63,761 bases of DNA, filler included, from Pirum gemmata (GCA_002812295.1; 19 parts of 19 records of this genome joined end to end with filler, not necessarily neighbours in it), one strand, 5' to 3'; shown: positions 40,308-54,023, counted from the first letter of the whole stretch. Program-made: numbers and translations. The notes: generated from the sequence alone by a model not told the origin.

Positions 40308-40508
40308 AAAAATTAGATACGGTAACAATAGAATGTAAATCAGAGGCAGAACAATACGAATGGTATTATTCTTTTTTGCATGCGTCATCGTGGTGGATAG
40401 ATGCGGCTGAAGATATGACTGCTAATAGATTAGAATTAGAGCGAAGGAGTACAGTTGCACATCAAATAAAATTCAAAACTCTCTCCATGGAAGAAGCAAA
40501 AGCAAAAG
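40308..40508 (+). CDS. Internal exon, probable end of a PH domain
   Basis: TTAG acceptor, 201 nt, phase 1-1, VTIECKSEAEQYEWYYSFLHA (beta7-helix pattern with Trp), GTAAGC donor. Confidence 0.7.
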
Positions 40509-42092
40509 GTAAGCTATTGTGGATTGTGGATTGGTTATGTTGGTGGTAGTTGGGGAGTCGGTGGTTGGTGGTTGTTATTGTTATTGTTATTGTTATTGTT
40601 ATTGTTATTNNNNNNNNNNNNNNNNNNNNNNNNNNNNNNNNNNNNNNNNNNNNTTAATTAATTAANNNNNNNNNNNNNNNNNNNNNNNNNNNNNNNNNNN
40701 NNNNNNNNNATTATTATTATAATTTATTATTATTATTATTATTTATTATTATTATTTTTTATTTATTATTATTATTAGTCTTATTATTATTATTATTATT
40801 ATTATTGTAGCTCTTATTATTATTGTTACTATAGTGTTACTTTGCATGATTGTAGAGAATGTATGATAGAGTCGTTGTAGACTCAGTGACGACTCTCTAG
40901 CTAGCTAGCTAGCTAGCTAGTGAGCTAGTCGATATATTTTTTTATTTATGATATATGCGAGTTTTGGCTGGTCGGCGACAGGGTGTCCCCCCCTGCAAAG
41001 CTAGCTAGCTCTAGTATCATTATAATATTATCGATATTATCAATATATATTTATTTATATTATGATAATAATATTATATTAAATATCATAAATAGATAAT
41101 ACAAATATAATTAATTAAGTTTTTGTGATCGTTTGCTGTATATATTAATACTACTACTAAGTAAACTATCATAGCTATTAATCGATACTCTAGCTAGTAT
41201 CCCCGATAGCTACTTAGCTAGCTAGCTATGATGGGAAGACTGAGACACATCACTTGAGACTCCCAGTCAACCTAGGCAACTATTTTTTTTGCAAAAAACC
41301 ACCAATAATAATTATTATTATTACCCTTTATTATCCTTTATTGTTAATTAATTATAACAATTATTTGATAATTTTGATTATATTCATAATAATAATTATT
41401 TTTTAACAGTTACTATTATTATGATCATAAGAGTTAGTTCTCGAGGGTTAGTTTGTTATGTAGTTTCTGTGGATACCATACCCAATATGTGTAAAGGGGT
41501 TTCTTGTCTTGTGTTTGCGGCTTTTTTTTTATCGGCTGTTCTACATTCAGCTGTCTACATTTGTATGATAGACTACCGGGTATGATAAAAAAAAGATCTT
41601 GTAGGGAGCACCCATATCACTGGGTACAGTGTATACCTTCAAGCACTTCGAAGTTCGAGCCTTCGAAGAGTTTTCGAACGAGTCCAGTTTTAATATCTTA
41701 AACGTGCTTTCAGTAGAGCTATGATACTTACTAGCTAGCTAGCTAGTAGCTATCGATATCGATATGAGTAAGTATCATAATAATATTATGAGTAGTCTTC
41801 CAGGGGACCAGGACTCTTCCTTGTCGAGTCGTAGACTAGCAAGGGTTATTTATTATGGGTTATTCATGTCTGCGATTAGCCTAACCCTAGCCCTAACCCC
41901 TACTAGCTAGCTAGAGTAGCTAGCATCTGTCAAATAGTAAGAAAACAATGACGTTTTTCTAAAGATATGAGGTCACTAATGACGTATATATGACGTATAA
42001 TCCACTGGAAGTGGGTAAACTGAACTGTAAAGTTTAAACTGCTTTCATCACAACCAAGTCTTTTTACCCCCTCGGCCCCTCCCAGTTTGTTG

Positions 42093-42333
42093 GGTTAGGG
42101 TTAGGGTTAGGGTTAGGGTTAGGGTTAGGGTTAGGGGTCAGGGGTTAGGGGTTAGGGTTAGGGTTAGGGTTAGGGGTTAGGGTTAGGGGTCAGGGTTAGG
42201 GTTAGGGGTTAGGGTTAGGGGTTAGGGTTAGGGGTTAGGGTTAGGGTTAGGGTTAGGGAGGGTTAGGGTTGGGGTAAGGGTTAGGGTTAGCTATGATTAG
42301 GGTTAGAGTTAGGGTTAGGGTTAAGGTTAGGGT
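42093..42333 (+). repeat. Interstitial (TTAGGG)n tract
   Basis: About 240 bp of TTAGGG/TTAGGGG in the middle of the contig. Confidence 0.93.
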
Positions 42334-43327
42334 GATTTAGAAATTTTGCACCCATTAATATTAGAATAATAATTATATTATTACTTAACGCGCCGTATGT
42401 GATAATTATTACTATACACTACATATTTGGTAAATATCTCCTTTTTAGGTAAAACGCACCAATAAAATTTGGATGAGCAAAGGTTAACTTTATTTCTGTT
42501 ATTTCAGATTTGGATTTGCCGTCCCAAAAAATACAAACTCTACTTATTACTATCTTTAATTTTAAATTTATTTCACGCATTTTTTTTGCGAATTTTGGAC
42601 ATATATGCTCGATATGTTCAATTGGTATTAATATTAATAGATCAAATAAGTCAAATAATGATTATACATATATATATATATATGTATAATATATACATAT
42701 ATTTAAAAAAACTATTATTAATAATTAATCAAAAGTTCTTCAAAAGAGCTTCACTGTGAATCAAAAAGTTTTGAGAACGGTCAAGTATTACAAAAGTTAG
42801 TCAAGGAACAACTGTGGTGTCCGTTGGGACCCTAACCCTAACTCTAACCCTCTAACCGGTGGCCCAGCGGACACACATGACTGGTAGAAAAATTAAAGGT
42901 TAGGGTTTTAGGATTAGAGTTAGAGTTAGAGTTAGGGTTAGGTTACTCGTTTGTAAAAAGATAAAACGATTAATTGCCGGCCCTATCCCCTAAAATGTAC
43001 TATAATCATTAACTAAATTTAAGATAAATGAATGTAAAACTTTATATATTAATATTAATCAAAACATTTTTGTTATTTCTTTATTTACAGCCACCCTTTT
43101 AAACAAAACATTGGTTACAAAGTTTCGCACTATTTTCAATTAACCAAAACCCATAACCCATTCACTAGTGATTGCAATTGTAGTTACAGCAGTAGTATAA
43201 ATGATACATAATGTACGTTTAAAAATAGGGAGTTATAACATTTATTGGCTACATGGTATCAGGACTCTTTGTCTTTACAATAGCAAATAAAAATCAGTAA
43301 TTTATAAACCATTGCAAAATTTAATCC

Positions 43328-43630
43328 TCATTGCTCATTGTATATTTCATCTAGAGAAATACAAATTGCAACCATAAAAGCAGCATCTACACCAGGACAA
43401 ATAGATACAAAATATCTATCCGCATTGGCTAGCATTTTAGCTGCAGTAAAAGCCTCCCTGCTTATTCTCGCTAACATAACGCCACTCTGTCTATCTACAA
43501 TATCAAAACGTCGAGAAATATAAGAGCCAGAGATTAACAAATCAGATTCACCTTCATCATTTTCACCCAAATGAACCATTGCTTCTGATTTCAATTGTAA
43601 TACGCTGGCCTTCTGTACCGTCGCCAAAAC
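43328..43630 (-). CDS. LURP-one-related / Tubby C2 family, terminal exon
   Basis: CATTAG acceptor, then ISGSYISRRFDIVD...LARISRE...DRYFVSICPGVDAAFMVAICISLDEI. Confidence 0.88.
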   Translation of the reverse strand, partial: VLATVQKASVLQLKSEAMVHLGENDEGESDLLISGSYISRRFDIVDRQSGVMLARISREAFTAAKMLANADRYFVSICPGVDAAFMVAICISLDEIYNEQ

Positions 43631-43864
43631 CTAATGGAGCGTGAGAGGGGACATAAATAAATAACGTTAACATAAAAGGTATCATTTAGCAAAAGGGATA
43701 GATACCATGTAACAATAGGGATAATAATATAAAATATTTATGATTATAATAATAATAGTACTAATAACATTGCTAATAATATTATACTAATAATAACAAT
43801 AAAACAATAATAATAAAAAAAATAATAGCAAAAACAACAATAACAATAACAATGACAATAACAA

Positions 43865-43896
<32 letters not shown>

Positions 43897-44536
43897 GCAA
43901 CAACAACAACAACAACAATGATAATAATAATATAATAATAATAATAATAAGAGCAAGAACAAGGGCAAGGGCAAGAACAAAAACAAGAGCAAGTATAAAA
44001 ATAATTATTATTATTAATAATAANNNNNNNNNNNNNNNNNNNNNNNNNNNNNNNNNNNNNNNNNNNNTTAATTAATTAANNNNNNNNNNNNNNNNNNNNN
44101 NNNNNNNNNNNNNNNNNNNNNNNAACTACAAACTACAATACCACAGTACGTGTCCTCCCCTCACTCAAAGTTAAAATTTTAATACTTGTTTTAACGTTAA
44201 TAATAGTAGTATACATGAGTTATACATGGTATATAATATTATATTATACGAACGCCTATAATTGTTATAATATTATAGCAAGTATGTATTATAAAATTTA
44301 TGTATATAAGTAGTAATAGTAGTAATAGTAGTAGCAGTACGTGGTAGTAGTAGTAGTAGTAGTAGCAGCTAATTTATGTATATAAGTAGTAATAGTAGTA
44401 ATAGTAGTAGCAGTACGTGGTAGTAGTAGTAGTAGTAGTAGCAGCTATAAGCCTAGCTATATTATAGTAGCTATATAAAGTAGTAGTATTAATATTAGTA
44501 GTAATATTAATATAGTAAAGTAGTAGTAATAGTATT

Positions 44537-44607
<71 letters not shown>

Positions 44608-45526
44608 CTATATTACATACATAGCAGTAATAGTAGTAGAAGAAGTATTAGTTTTAATTTAGTATCAGTAGTAGTAACCCTAACCCTAACCCTAACCCTA
44701 GCACTCCCTAACACCCCCCAACCCTAACCTAACCTTAACCCTAACCCTAACCTAACCTTAACCCTAACCCTAACCTAACCTTAACCCTAACCCCTAACCC
44801 CATTCTAATTATAACCCAAACCCCCTCATCCTAAATCTAAATCCTGCCCTACTCCTAATAACACTTACCAGTTAGAAGAGAGTCATTTACGCTAATGAAT
44901 TGTACATACATGTGTTTAATGAGATATATGGTCTATAGTATGAGTTACGTATACCCCTTTGGACGTATTTTACAATTTGTACATTGTGTATAATAAAACT
45001 AATAGTATTATGAATATAGTACTGGTGGTATTAGTAGTAGTAATAGTAGAAGAAAAAGTATTAGTTTTAATATTAGTAACAGTAACCCTAACCCTAACCC
45101 TAACCCTAACACTCCCTAACCCTGACCTAACCCTAACCCTAACCCTGTAGCTAATCCTAAGCCTAACCCCTAACCCCTAACCCCTAATCCCTAACCCTAA
45201 CCCTAATTATAACCTAAACCCCAACCCTCATCCTAAATCTAAACCCTACCCCAATGTTGTGAATAGTACTGGTGGTAATAGTAGTAGCATAATAGTAGAA
45301 ATAATACTGGTGTATTTCATCTCATAATTGGCCGCACATACACACACACATACACACACAAAGTAATAACACAAAACACACATGACTACACACACACATA
45401 CACACACAAAGTAATAACACATAACACACATGACTACACATGTACACACGACACACGGCAAACACTGTTATATAGTATTACTTTATTCTGAGAAAGTCTC
45501 TGAGAAATTATTACTATATACGAAAT

Positions 45527-45694
45527 CAATGTTTTTAGTGGTTAGATTATTTATCTAGCTGAAACATATATTTTTTAAAAAAATAGTTTTTTTTAAAAAT
45601 TCGTAAATTTATATGACTACTCATGACACAGTAAATCTAACAATTTTAACTAAATATGTTTCAGCTAGATTAATCTAACCACTAAAAACATTGA
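45527..45694. mobile_element. Long-TIR MITE-like insertion
   Basis: TCAATGTTTTTAGTGGTTAGATTA..TCTAGCTGAAACATAT / ATATGTTTCAGCTAGATTAATCTAACCACTAAAAACATTGA. Confidence 0.75.
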
Positions 45695-46044
45695 TACACA
45701 AACAAACAAACACACCACGAACACACACACACACACTTCACAGACACATACATAAACGTAATTTGGTTATTAATTGACTTTTTATGGTACTTTTATTATT
45801 TCATCCAGTTAAAAAACCATAGATCGGTAAAAAAATCGAACATATAAAAAATATAGTAAAAAAATCGAACATATTTTACTATCATATATTTTTTGTATGT
45901 TCGATTTTTTTACTATAATTTTAAAATCGGACATATAAAAAATATAGAGTCAACTAGCTAATAGCTATTATCCAATGGGAATGCTTGAATCTTAAAATAT
46001 TTCATTTTTGATACAAATGTAAATCGAATAATCAAGCTTTTTTT

Positions 46045-46274
46045 AGTAGGGGTGAGATGACGTCATTTACTATTACCGAGCAGCTGCCAGAACTTTTCCG
46101 ATTTTATGGTTTTATTACTATTAATGTTAATATTATTACTTTAATAGGTATCTACTATAATTAAATTTACTATTTTAAGCTAGTTAACTGCTATTATTAG
46201 TAAGAAACACGGAACTAAGGCTGGCTCGATAAGCATCTGTTCGAAAAAGTTCCTGTAGATATCTCACCCCTACT
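46045..46274 (+). mobile_element. MITE family A full copy with 8-bp TSD
   Basis: Perfect 14-bp TIR, with CTTTTTTT at 46037-46044 and 46275-46282. Partial copies at ~46755-46837 and 49684-49885. Confidence 0.9.
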
Positions 46275-49200
46275 CTTTTTTTCATTTTTTTTCACTTTTT
46301 TCCAATAGACTTCACATTCCAAGCTATTGGTCTTGTCAGAAAAAGTTCCACCAACACATCTAAATCCTGCCCTACTCCTAATAACCCTTACCAGTTAGAA
46401 GAGAGTCATTTACGCTAATGAATTGTACATACATATATATGTTTAATGAGATATATGGTCTATAGTATGAGTTACGTATACCCTTTGGACGTATTTTACA
46501 ATTTGTTCATGAATAGTACTGGTGATAATAGTAGTAGCATAATAGTAGAAATAATGCTGGTGTATTTCATCTCATAATTGGCCGCACATACACACATATA
46601 TACACACACAAAGTAATAACACATAACACACATGACTACACATGTACACACGGCACACGGCAAACACAAACAAACACACACACACACACACACTTCACAG
46701 ACACATACACAAACTTAATTTGGTTATTAATTGACTTTTTATGGTACTTTTAATTAGATTTACTATTTTAACTGCTATTGTTAGTAAGGAACACGGAACT
46801 AAGCTTAAGGTTGGCTCGATAAGCATCTGTTCGAAAAATAATTCATATGTTGGCTGGGATAAAATTAAACATACTTAAAAATTTTATGCGTGTATATTTT
46901 TACAATTAATAAAAAAAACAAGAAAATGTATATTTCCTGATTTCTTGCTTTTGGGATTCTTAAGTTATACTCGAAAAATTCAAATCTAATTGTTTAATTT
47001 ATAATAATTTTAAAAATTATTAATTTTGGTCGAGAAAGTAGTTTGAAAAATACTGCTGATTTTTAATTTATGCAAAGTTTTTTTTTTTATTAATTTTGGT
47101 TGAGAAATGATTTTTGATAATAATAACAAATAACANNNNNNNNNNNNNNNNNNNNNNNNNNNNNNNNNNNNNNNNNNNNTTAATTAATTAANNNNNNNNN
47201 NNNNNNNNNNNNNNNNNNNNNNNNNNNNNNNNNNNAATATGTATCATTTGCTATATTTTTTTTCATTCACATAAACACATCACTTGCTATTAAATTTTGG
47301 TTTCTTTTATTATTATTTTAGAGCTATTGTTATTTTATTACTAAAGTATTTATTTTTTAAATAATTTTCTTTATTTATTTATTATGCATACTTATTTTTG
47401 GCCAAAAAAAAATTTCTGAATTTGAGCTAGAATTTGTGAGAATTTGTGAGAATTTGTGATAATATCTGTTTTTTTTTTCTAGACCTAATATAATATCCAA
47501 CTAGTAACTACTAGACCTCTAGTAGTAGACCAGGGTCTACTGCACCAGGTAGTTACGAATCTAGCATCTTCCTATATTAATTAATTTGGTAGGTTTACAA
47601 TTACAATGAATACATATATTATAGCAAACTTTTAAAATTTCTTCCCATTAATATTAATTTGGTATATTTTATTATATTTTTCAATCTTTCAAACTAATCA
47701 ACAGTAGTTTATATCATAGTGTATTTATCATTTGATATTTCGTATTTATAATTGAACTTGCTTGTTTATATAAAATACAACATTTATAAAATATCATATT
47801 AATACAAAATCAATTACATATGTCTGATATATATAATATTTTATAAAACCATCAGATAAAACCATAATATTTCAGGTTTTGAACTAGTACTGGACAACAC
47901 AATTTACCCTAGACAATCTATCAGTAACGTAGTCTTTAGAATAGATTATTTTCTCCTCCATATTATAATATTTTATAGACTAATACCATATATATTATCT
48001 GATATTTTCGAGCTAGGTAGTAAGTAGTAGGACCTAGTAGCTAGCTAGTTAGAGAGTAGAGTCAACTTCAGACTTTCGTGAAGTTCTTAATTTTGAATAA
48101 GCTTTCGAATGTATCAAAAACACCATGGCCATATATACTAGTTACTATGATACTTTTGTTACTATCATACTAGCTAGTTGCAGAAAATAGAAAGTAACTT
48201 TATAGACTATAATAATATTATGTTCAAATGATGGGCTGCATACACCGCCTTGGATATATATAATATAATAATCAAGAATGTTCTTGATATTATAGACCCA
48301 AATCGGGTTCCATATAATATATTATATTAATATATATATTATAATTTTAAATTTATTTAAAAAAATGAATTTATGTAGAGATGTCATTATATTAATAATA
48401 TTCATTTAATTATATATATGATATAGTATTCTTGTTAGTGATAGACCCCGGTCTTATTATAATATTATACCCAAGTAGTTAGCTATAGAATAGAGTTGGG
48501 TGTTATTGATTGATTGGAACGTCAACTGTTCGAAAATCAACCTAAGAAAATCAAGTAGCTAGCTAGGAAAAATCAACTGAACTGTTCAACAATAACCCAT
48601 ACAAAAAAAATACAGAAAAAAATATTTGAAATATAATCATATTTCAAATTTAGTATTATTGGAAAATGAAATGTTTTAATTGGTTATAAATAATAAGGTG
48701 GTAAAACTGAAATTCCTTTGAATGGCTGATCACAGTCTGATCAATGTGGTAAGTAGTAAGTAGTATAGTAAGTAGTAAGTACCATGATGGCAACTTCTGA
48801 TTAGTTTTTCGAAAAAGTAAATGAGAAAAGTGAAAGTTTCATTTCAATAGCTCGTTTAGTTCAAAAGTTATTCGTAGTCTAAAACACACTGTTCAGCTCG
48901 AAACACAAAAAAAGTGAAAAATCATGATGTGTCTAAATAAAAGATTTTGTATCTAAATATTTTTTAGTCTACCAAAAAAAAATCTTTACACCATTTTCTA
49001 TAGAAAATAGAATGCTAGTCTACTGGCCAAATTATTTTTATACCTGAGCTACCTAATTTTTCGAGAATCCACTTTTTTTATGCGAATATTTTTAGGGTGG
49101 GAAAAAAGTCAGTGTTCAAATAAAAAGGTGAAAAATCGGACTGGTGTCATTGGTGTGTACTCCATTCCCATTTTCACCTTTTTCAAAAAAGTATCCAATC

Positions 49201-50023
49201 CCTGAATCCAATCCCATCATTTTTTTAAAAAAGACTTCTGTCAAAAAATATCTCAATTTCATTGGGCATGTTTTTTTTTTTGGAATTTTTTTTTCGATTT
49301 GAATTACTAATTTGTAAAAAAAAAAAAAAACCCTCCATTTTTGGTTTTTTTTTTTGGAATTTTTTTTTTGTTTTTAATTAATAAATTATAAAAAAAAAAA
49401 AAAAAACGTCAATTTTGGGTATTTTTTTTTTGTAAAATATCCCCTAGCTATTTTTTTTTTTAAAGCTAGTAAGTAGTATTATACACTATTATACATAGTT
49501 ATCCCGATATAACAACTGCTATAACTATCTATAGCTATCAGGTAATAGTCTGAAAGTGTTTAAACCAAAGTTGTATTTGTTACGATTACCAAGAACCCAA
49601 ATATAATTATAATGGTAATTGTAATAATATGAAATATGAGTGCTAATGCTAGTGTTAATTAATTAATAATAGTTTTGATAGTAACTACCGAACAGCTGCC
49701 GGAACTTTTCCGAATTTTATGGTTTTATTACTATTAATGTTAATATATTTACTTTATTGATATCTACTATAATTATATTTACTATTTTAAGCTATTTAAC
49801 TTCTATTATTAGTAAAGAAGAGGGAATTAAGGTTGGCTCGATAAGCATCTGTTCGAAAAAAGTTCCAGCAGATATCTCACCCCTACACAAATACAAATAC
49901 AAATACAAATACAAATCCGGATGTAAATGCAGATGTAAATGCAAATCGATTACAATATCAATATTATTATAAAAATTACGATAATAATATGGACAATATG
50001 TATACAATTATTGACCAGTACAA

Positions 50024-50320
50024 TCAATATCTGATTTGGATAAATAATCCTGGTATACTTAGTACTAATCCACAATTTCTCGAAATCCAATTTTTTTGAT
50101 TATTTTCATTTTGATGAATAAAACTTTTTCCGTTCCAAATATACCAAGTAAAATCAGTTTGGTTATTGATAAGTTTCTTATTCATAATTTCCCATAATAA
50201 ACTGTCTAAAGTATATATTTTATAATTTTCATGTTGATTAGTTAAAATCATTTCTGTTAATTTCCTGACACCTGAATTTGTAATGAAAAGGGCATGAGCT
50301 GTACAAACCGGGATTCGGAT

Positions 50321-50417
<97 letters not shown>

Positions 50418-50510
50418 TGGTGTCAATATCAACTGGTGTTTGTAGTACTTTATCGTCTTCAAAAACAAAGGCGTAAGGAATATTTTCAGTTACAATATGA
50501 TTCCATATTA
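50024..50510 (-). pseudogene. Possible glycosyltransferase family 25-like fragment (exons or relic)
   Basis: IWNHIVTENIPYAFVFEDD (~50505-50450) resembles the GT25 W..IV....ALILEDD motif. A second open segment lies at ~50271-50024. No AG acceptor is visible before the first segment. Confidence 0.4.
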
Positions 50511-51279
50511 GTGAAATAAATAAATAAATAAATAAANNNNNNNNNNNNNNNNNNNNNNNNNNNNNNNNNNNNNNNNNNNNTTAATTAATTAANNNNNNNN
50601 NNNNNNNNNNNNNNNNNNNNNNNNNNNNNNNNNNNNGTCTTATTGTGTATTTTAGCTAATCCTTTTCTTGTTGAAGGAAATATGCAGCAACTTTCACAAC
50701 TTGCTTAATTAAACTTTAATTAATTATTAAAGTGTTAAATTTTCTTATATTATTATCATACATAATAATAATAATATTGTAATATAATAATAAATAAACA
50801 AAACCGTTATTATCAAATGTTAGTATTAAATTAATATTAAAAAACATTATAATTAATTATCGATATAAATATGATAATAATTATAACAATAATGTTTATT
50901 AATACTAATACAATAACGATTTTATTTATTAATATTATTATTATTATTATTATATTGAAAATTAGACATCTACTAATCCTTTCCTTGTTAAAATTAAAGG
51001 AAATATGCAACAACTATCACAATTTGCTTAATTTTAATCAAAGTTACATTTTCTTATATTAATTAATATTAATATTATTTAATATATTATATAGTATAAT
51101 ATAATAATGTTTTTTAAAAAATACTAATACTTGACAATAACTGTTTTATTTATCAATATTATTATTATTATAATTGTTATATTGGATAATTGTGCGTCTA
51201 CTAATCGTTTTCTTGTTGAAGGAAATCTGCAACAACTTTCACAATTTTCTTAATCAATTAAGTATTATTTTTTTTTATA

Positions 51280-51377
51280 TTATGCGAGAAAAGTGTAAAA
51301 CTGTGCGAAATCTGGCACTTTTGTAATATAGCACTGAATACAAAAGTTCCAGACAATTTTACACTTTTCTCGCATAA
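51280..51377. mobile_element. Small hairpin/MITE-like element
   Basis: 21-bp perfect IR TTATGCGAGAAAAGTGTAAAA / TTTTACACTTTTCTCGCATAA. Confidence 0.65.
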
Positions 51378-51551
51378 AGTGTCTATATACTTCTCTATAA
51401 TATGTAATATAATATTAAATATATTAAGAAATATTAATATTATAATTAATTATCGATATAAATATGATAATAATGATAACGATATAATATTTCTTAATAC
51501 TATAGCTAATACTTGATAATAACGGTTTTATTTATCAATTATTATTATTAT

Positions 51552-51690
51552 TATATAGACTCATTGTTTCTATCCTGTTAGTTCTAGACATAGTAGTTGT
51601 TAGTTTTAGCCCTCTAAACTAACAAAAGAGGGCTAAAACTAACAACTACCATGTCTAGAACTAACAGGATAGAAACAATGAGTCTATATA
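51552..51690. repeat. Near-perfect 64-bp-arm inverted repeat
   Basis: Arms 51552-51615 and 51627-51690, one mismatch, 11-nt loop. Confidence 0.9.
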
Positions 51691-52297
51691 TTATTATTAT
51701 TGTCAGCCTTTTAATATTATTAATATCATTTTAATATTGTATATTGTCATTGTCATTATCATTATCACTATGTTATCATTATGTTATCATTATTATCATT
51801 ATTATCATTATTATCATTATCATTATCATTATTATATTTATTATTAAAATTATTGTTACCATTATTATATTATTATTAGTATTATTATGCGAATTATCAA
51901 TCAACAGCAAACACCACAAACACCACAAACACCAGTTGCTGAAACACAAACACCATAAACACCATATACACCAGGAACACCAACAGTTACACAACACACA
52001 CAAGCACTACAAACACAACAAACACACACAAATACTACAAACACAACAAACACAAATACTATAAACACTTTAATATAATGATAATAAACATTATAATGAT
52101 AATAAAGATGACAATGTTATTAATGATAATACTATAATATCATATGTTTTATATATATTTGGCTACACAAAATACCATATTTGCTAACTATACCACACTT
52201 AAATGATGCATGTGCTAGACTATGTATTAATATTTGGGAGATAACGATTGGCTACAACACCCCACACTAAAAAACAGTCCAACAAAAAACCTTATTA

Positions 52298-52362
<65 letters not shown>

Positions 52363-52560
52363 TTTTTATATTAATAAATTTTTTTTTTTTTTTTTTTTTT
52401 TTTTTCAGTTTTTCTTTTCAAATTTATACATATAATATACTTTAGTTTGTTTCTCATTATTTTAGACCAAATTTATCTTGTTTTCTTTTTTTTTTAGTTA
52501 TTTCTTCTTTTTAGTTTTGATGTATATATGCATTAATTCTATAACGTATATTGTGTTTAG

Positions 52561-53350
52561 GAAAAACGTTTTCTGATGCGATCGCTTATTCGAGGAGGAA
52601 ATCATTTCTGGATCCACCTGTAATTTTGCGTCACTTTACTATTGCTATTACTTACTATTTTATTTTTATAGTTTATATTCACGCTTTAGTACAATGACCG
52701 GTTCTTATATTCCTACTGATATTTTCCCTCATTTACATTTAGGTTATGTGTGGGGGTTTTATGCAAGTTGATGGAGGTGTCGTGTTTGATGACAAAACGA
52801 AACAAGTAACAAGGATCAACTATAAACCCATTGACATGAATCAAAGCTATCAGGTATTTCATCTTGTTTTTGCTATCGTGCGGATGATTGATAAGTTTAA
52901 CCAATTTGGAAAATGTAATCAGTGTTGTAAAGTTGGGACAAATTTTAATTTCGGCAGTACCACCAACATATAGTCATCATACAACCGTTCGAATTTCGAT
53001 ATTCAATAAATATAAAAAAACAGTACAAAACAAAAAAACAAACTAAAACAAGAAAACAAGCTTAACTAAGAAAACAAGGTAAACCAAGAAAACATGCTAA
53101 CCAAGAAAACAAGCTAACCACAAAATCGATTTCATTTTCAATAATCTAAAACAAAACTTAATATATAGATATATTTTTTTCTTGAAGACTTTGTCTTTGT
53201 TTTTTTGTTTTATTTTTTTGTTTATTTTTTATTTTTGTATTATTGTTATTGATTTTTATTTCGTTTTAGGTCGTATGTGTAAAAATGCATCTAGATGGGA
53301 TAGATAGCCAAATTCCTCTTGTTGAATTCGCTAAAGAATATCCTGATAGG
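52561..53350 (+). CDS. 5'-nucleotidase C-terminal domain protein, three internal exons
   Basis: Exons 52561-52619, 52743-52853 and 53270-53350 join in frame: GKTFSDAIAYS...GGFMQVDGGVVFD...VTRINYKPIDMNQSYQVVC...DGID. Confidence 0.8.
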
Positions 53351-54023
53351 GTAATTTAATTAATAAGTTAGGGTTAGGTTTGGGTTAAAATTTTGTAGGT
53401 GTGTTACCTATTACTTGTAAAATCGTAATATAAATTAGTTTACCCAGCATTTGTTTCGCAACACATCATTTTAATTTCTTGAACCTTATCAGCTCTTATT
53501 TCTTTATCGAAGACACACCGAAAAAACACGTCAGTTTTTGAAATTTGAGCTTTAACTTTTTCCATGACTGCTGGTGGTTTAGGCTTATGTGTTGTCTGTC
53601 TTGTCTTATTGTGTATTTTAGATTATTAATTTTCTGTTTTATCATAAAAGATCTGTGATGATGGAGTCAGTTGTAAGGTATCAGTTGTAACCTTTTTTGC
53701 CCGATCTCTTTTGATGCAGCTTGGATCTTTCAAAGATATTGATGGTGATGGTGATGGTAATACTAAACTCATCTACTTTAAATGTTAGCGAACAGTAATC
53801 ATTGTTTACATCTTCGTTTGATACGAAATAACAATAATAGTAACAATGGGAAATGATAAAATACCAATAACAACGACAATAATAATAATAATAATGATAT
53901 AATAATAATAATAATAATAATAANNNNNNNNNNNNNNNNNNNNNNNNNNNNNNNNNNNNNNNNNNNNTTAATTAATTAANNNNNNNNNNNNNNNNNNNNN
54001 NNNNNNNNNNNNNNNNNNNNNNN

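Larger units (their letters stand above)
44835..46755 (+). repeat. Dispersed direct duplication (~44835-45797 vs ~46358-46755)
   Basis: Shared CTAAATCCTGCCCTACTCC...GGACGTATTTTACAATTTGT and GGTGTATTTCATCTCATAATTGGCCGCAC...CA-rich blocks. Confidence 0.85.

Noticed and set aside
41440..41705. Coding-like minus-strand segment
   Set aside because: Internal stop, no recognisable motif and no clear splice sites.
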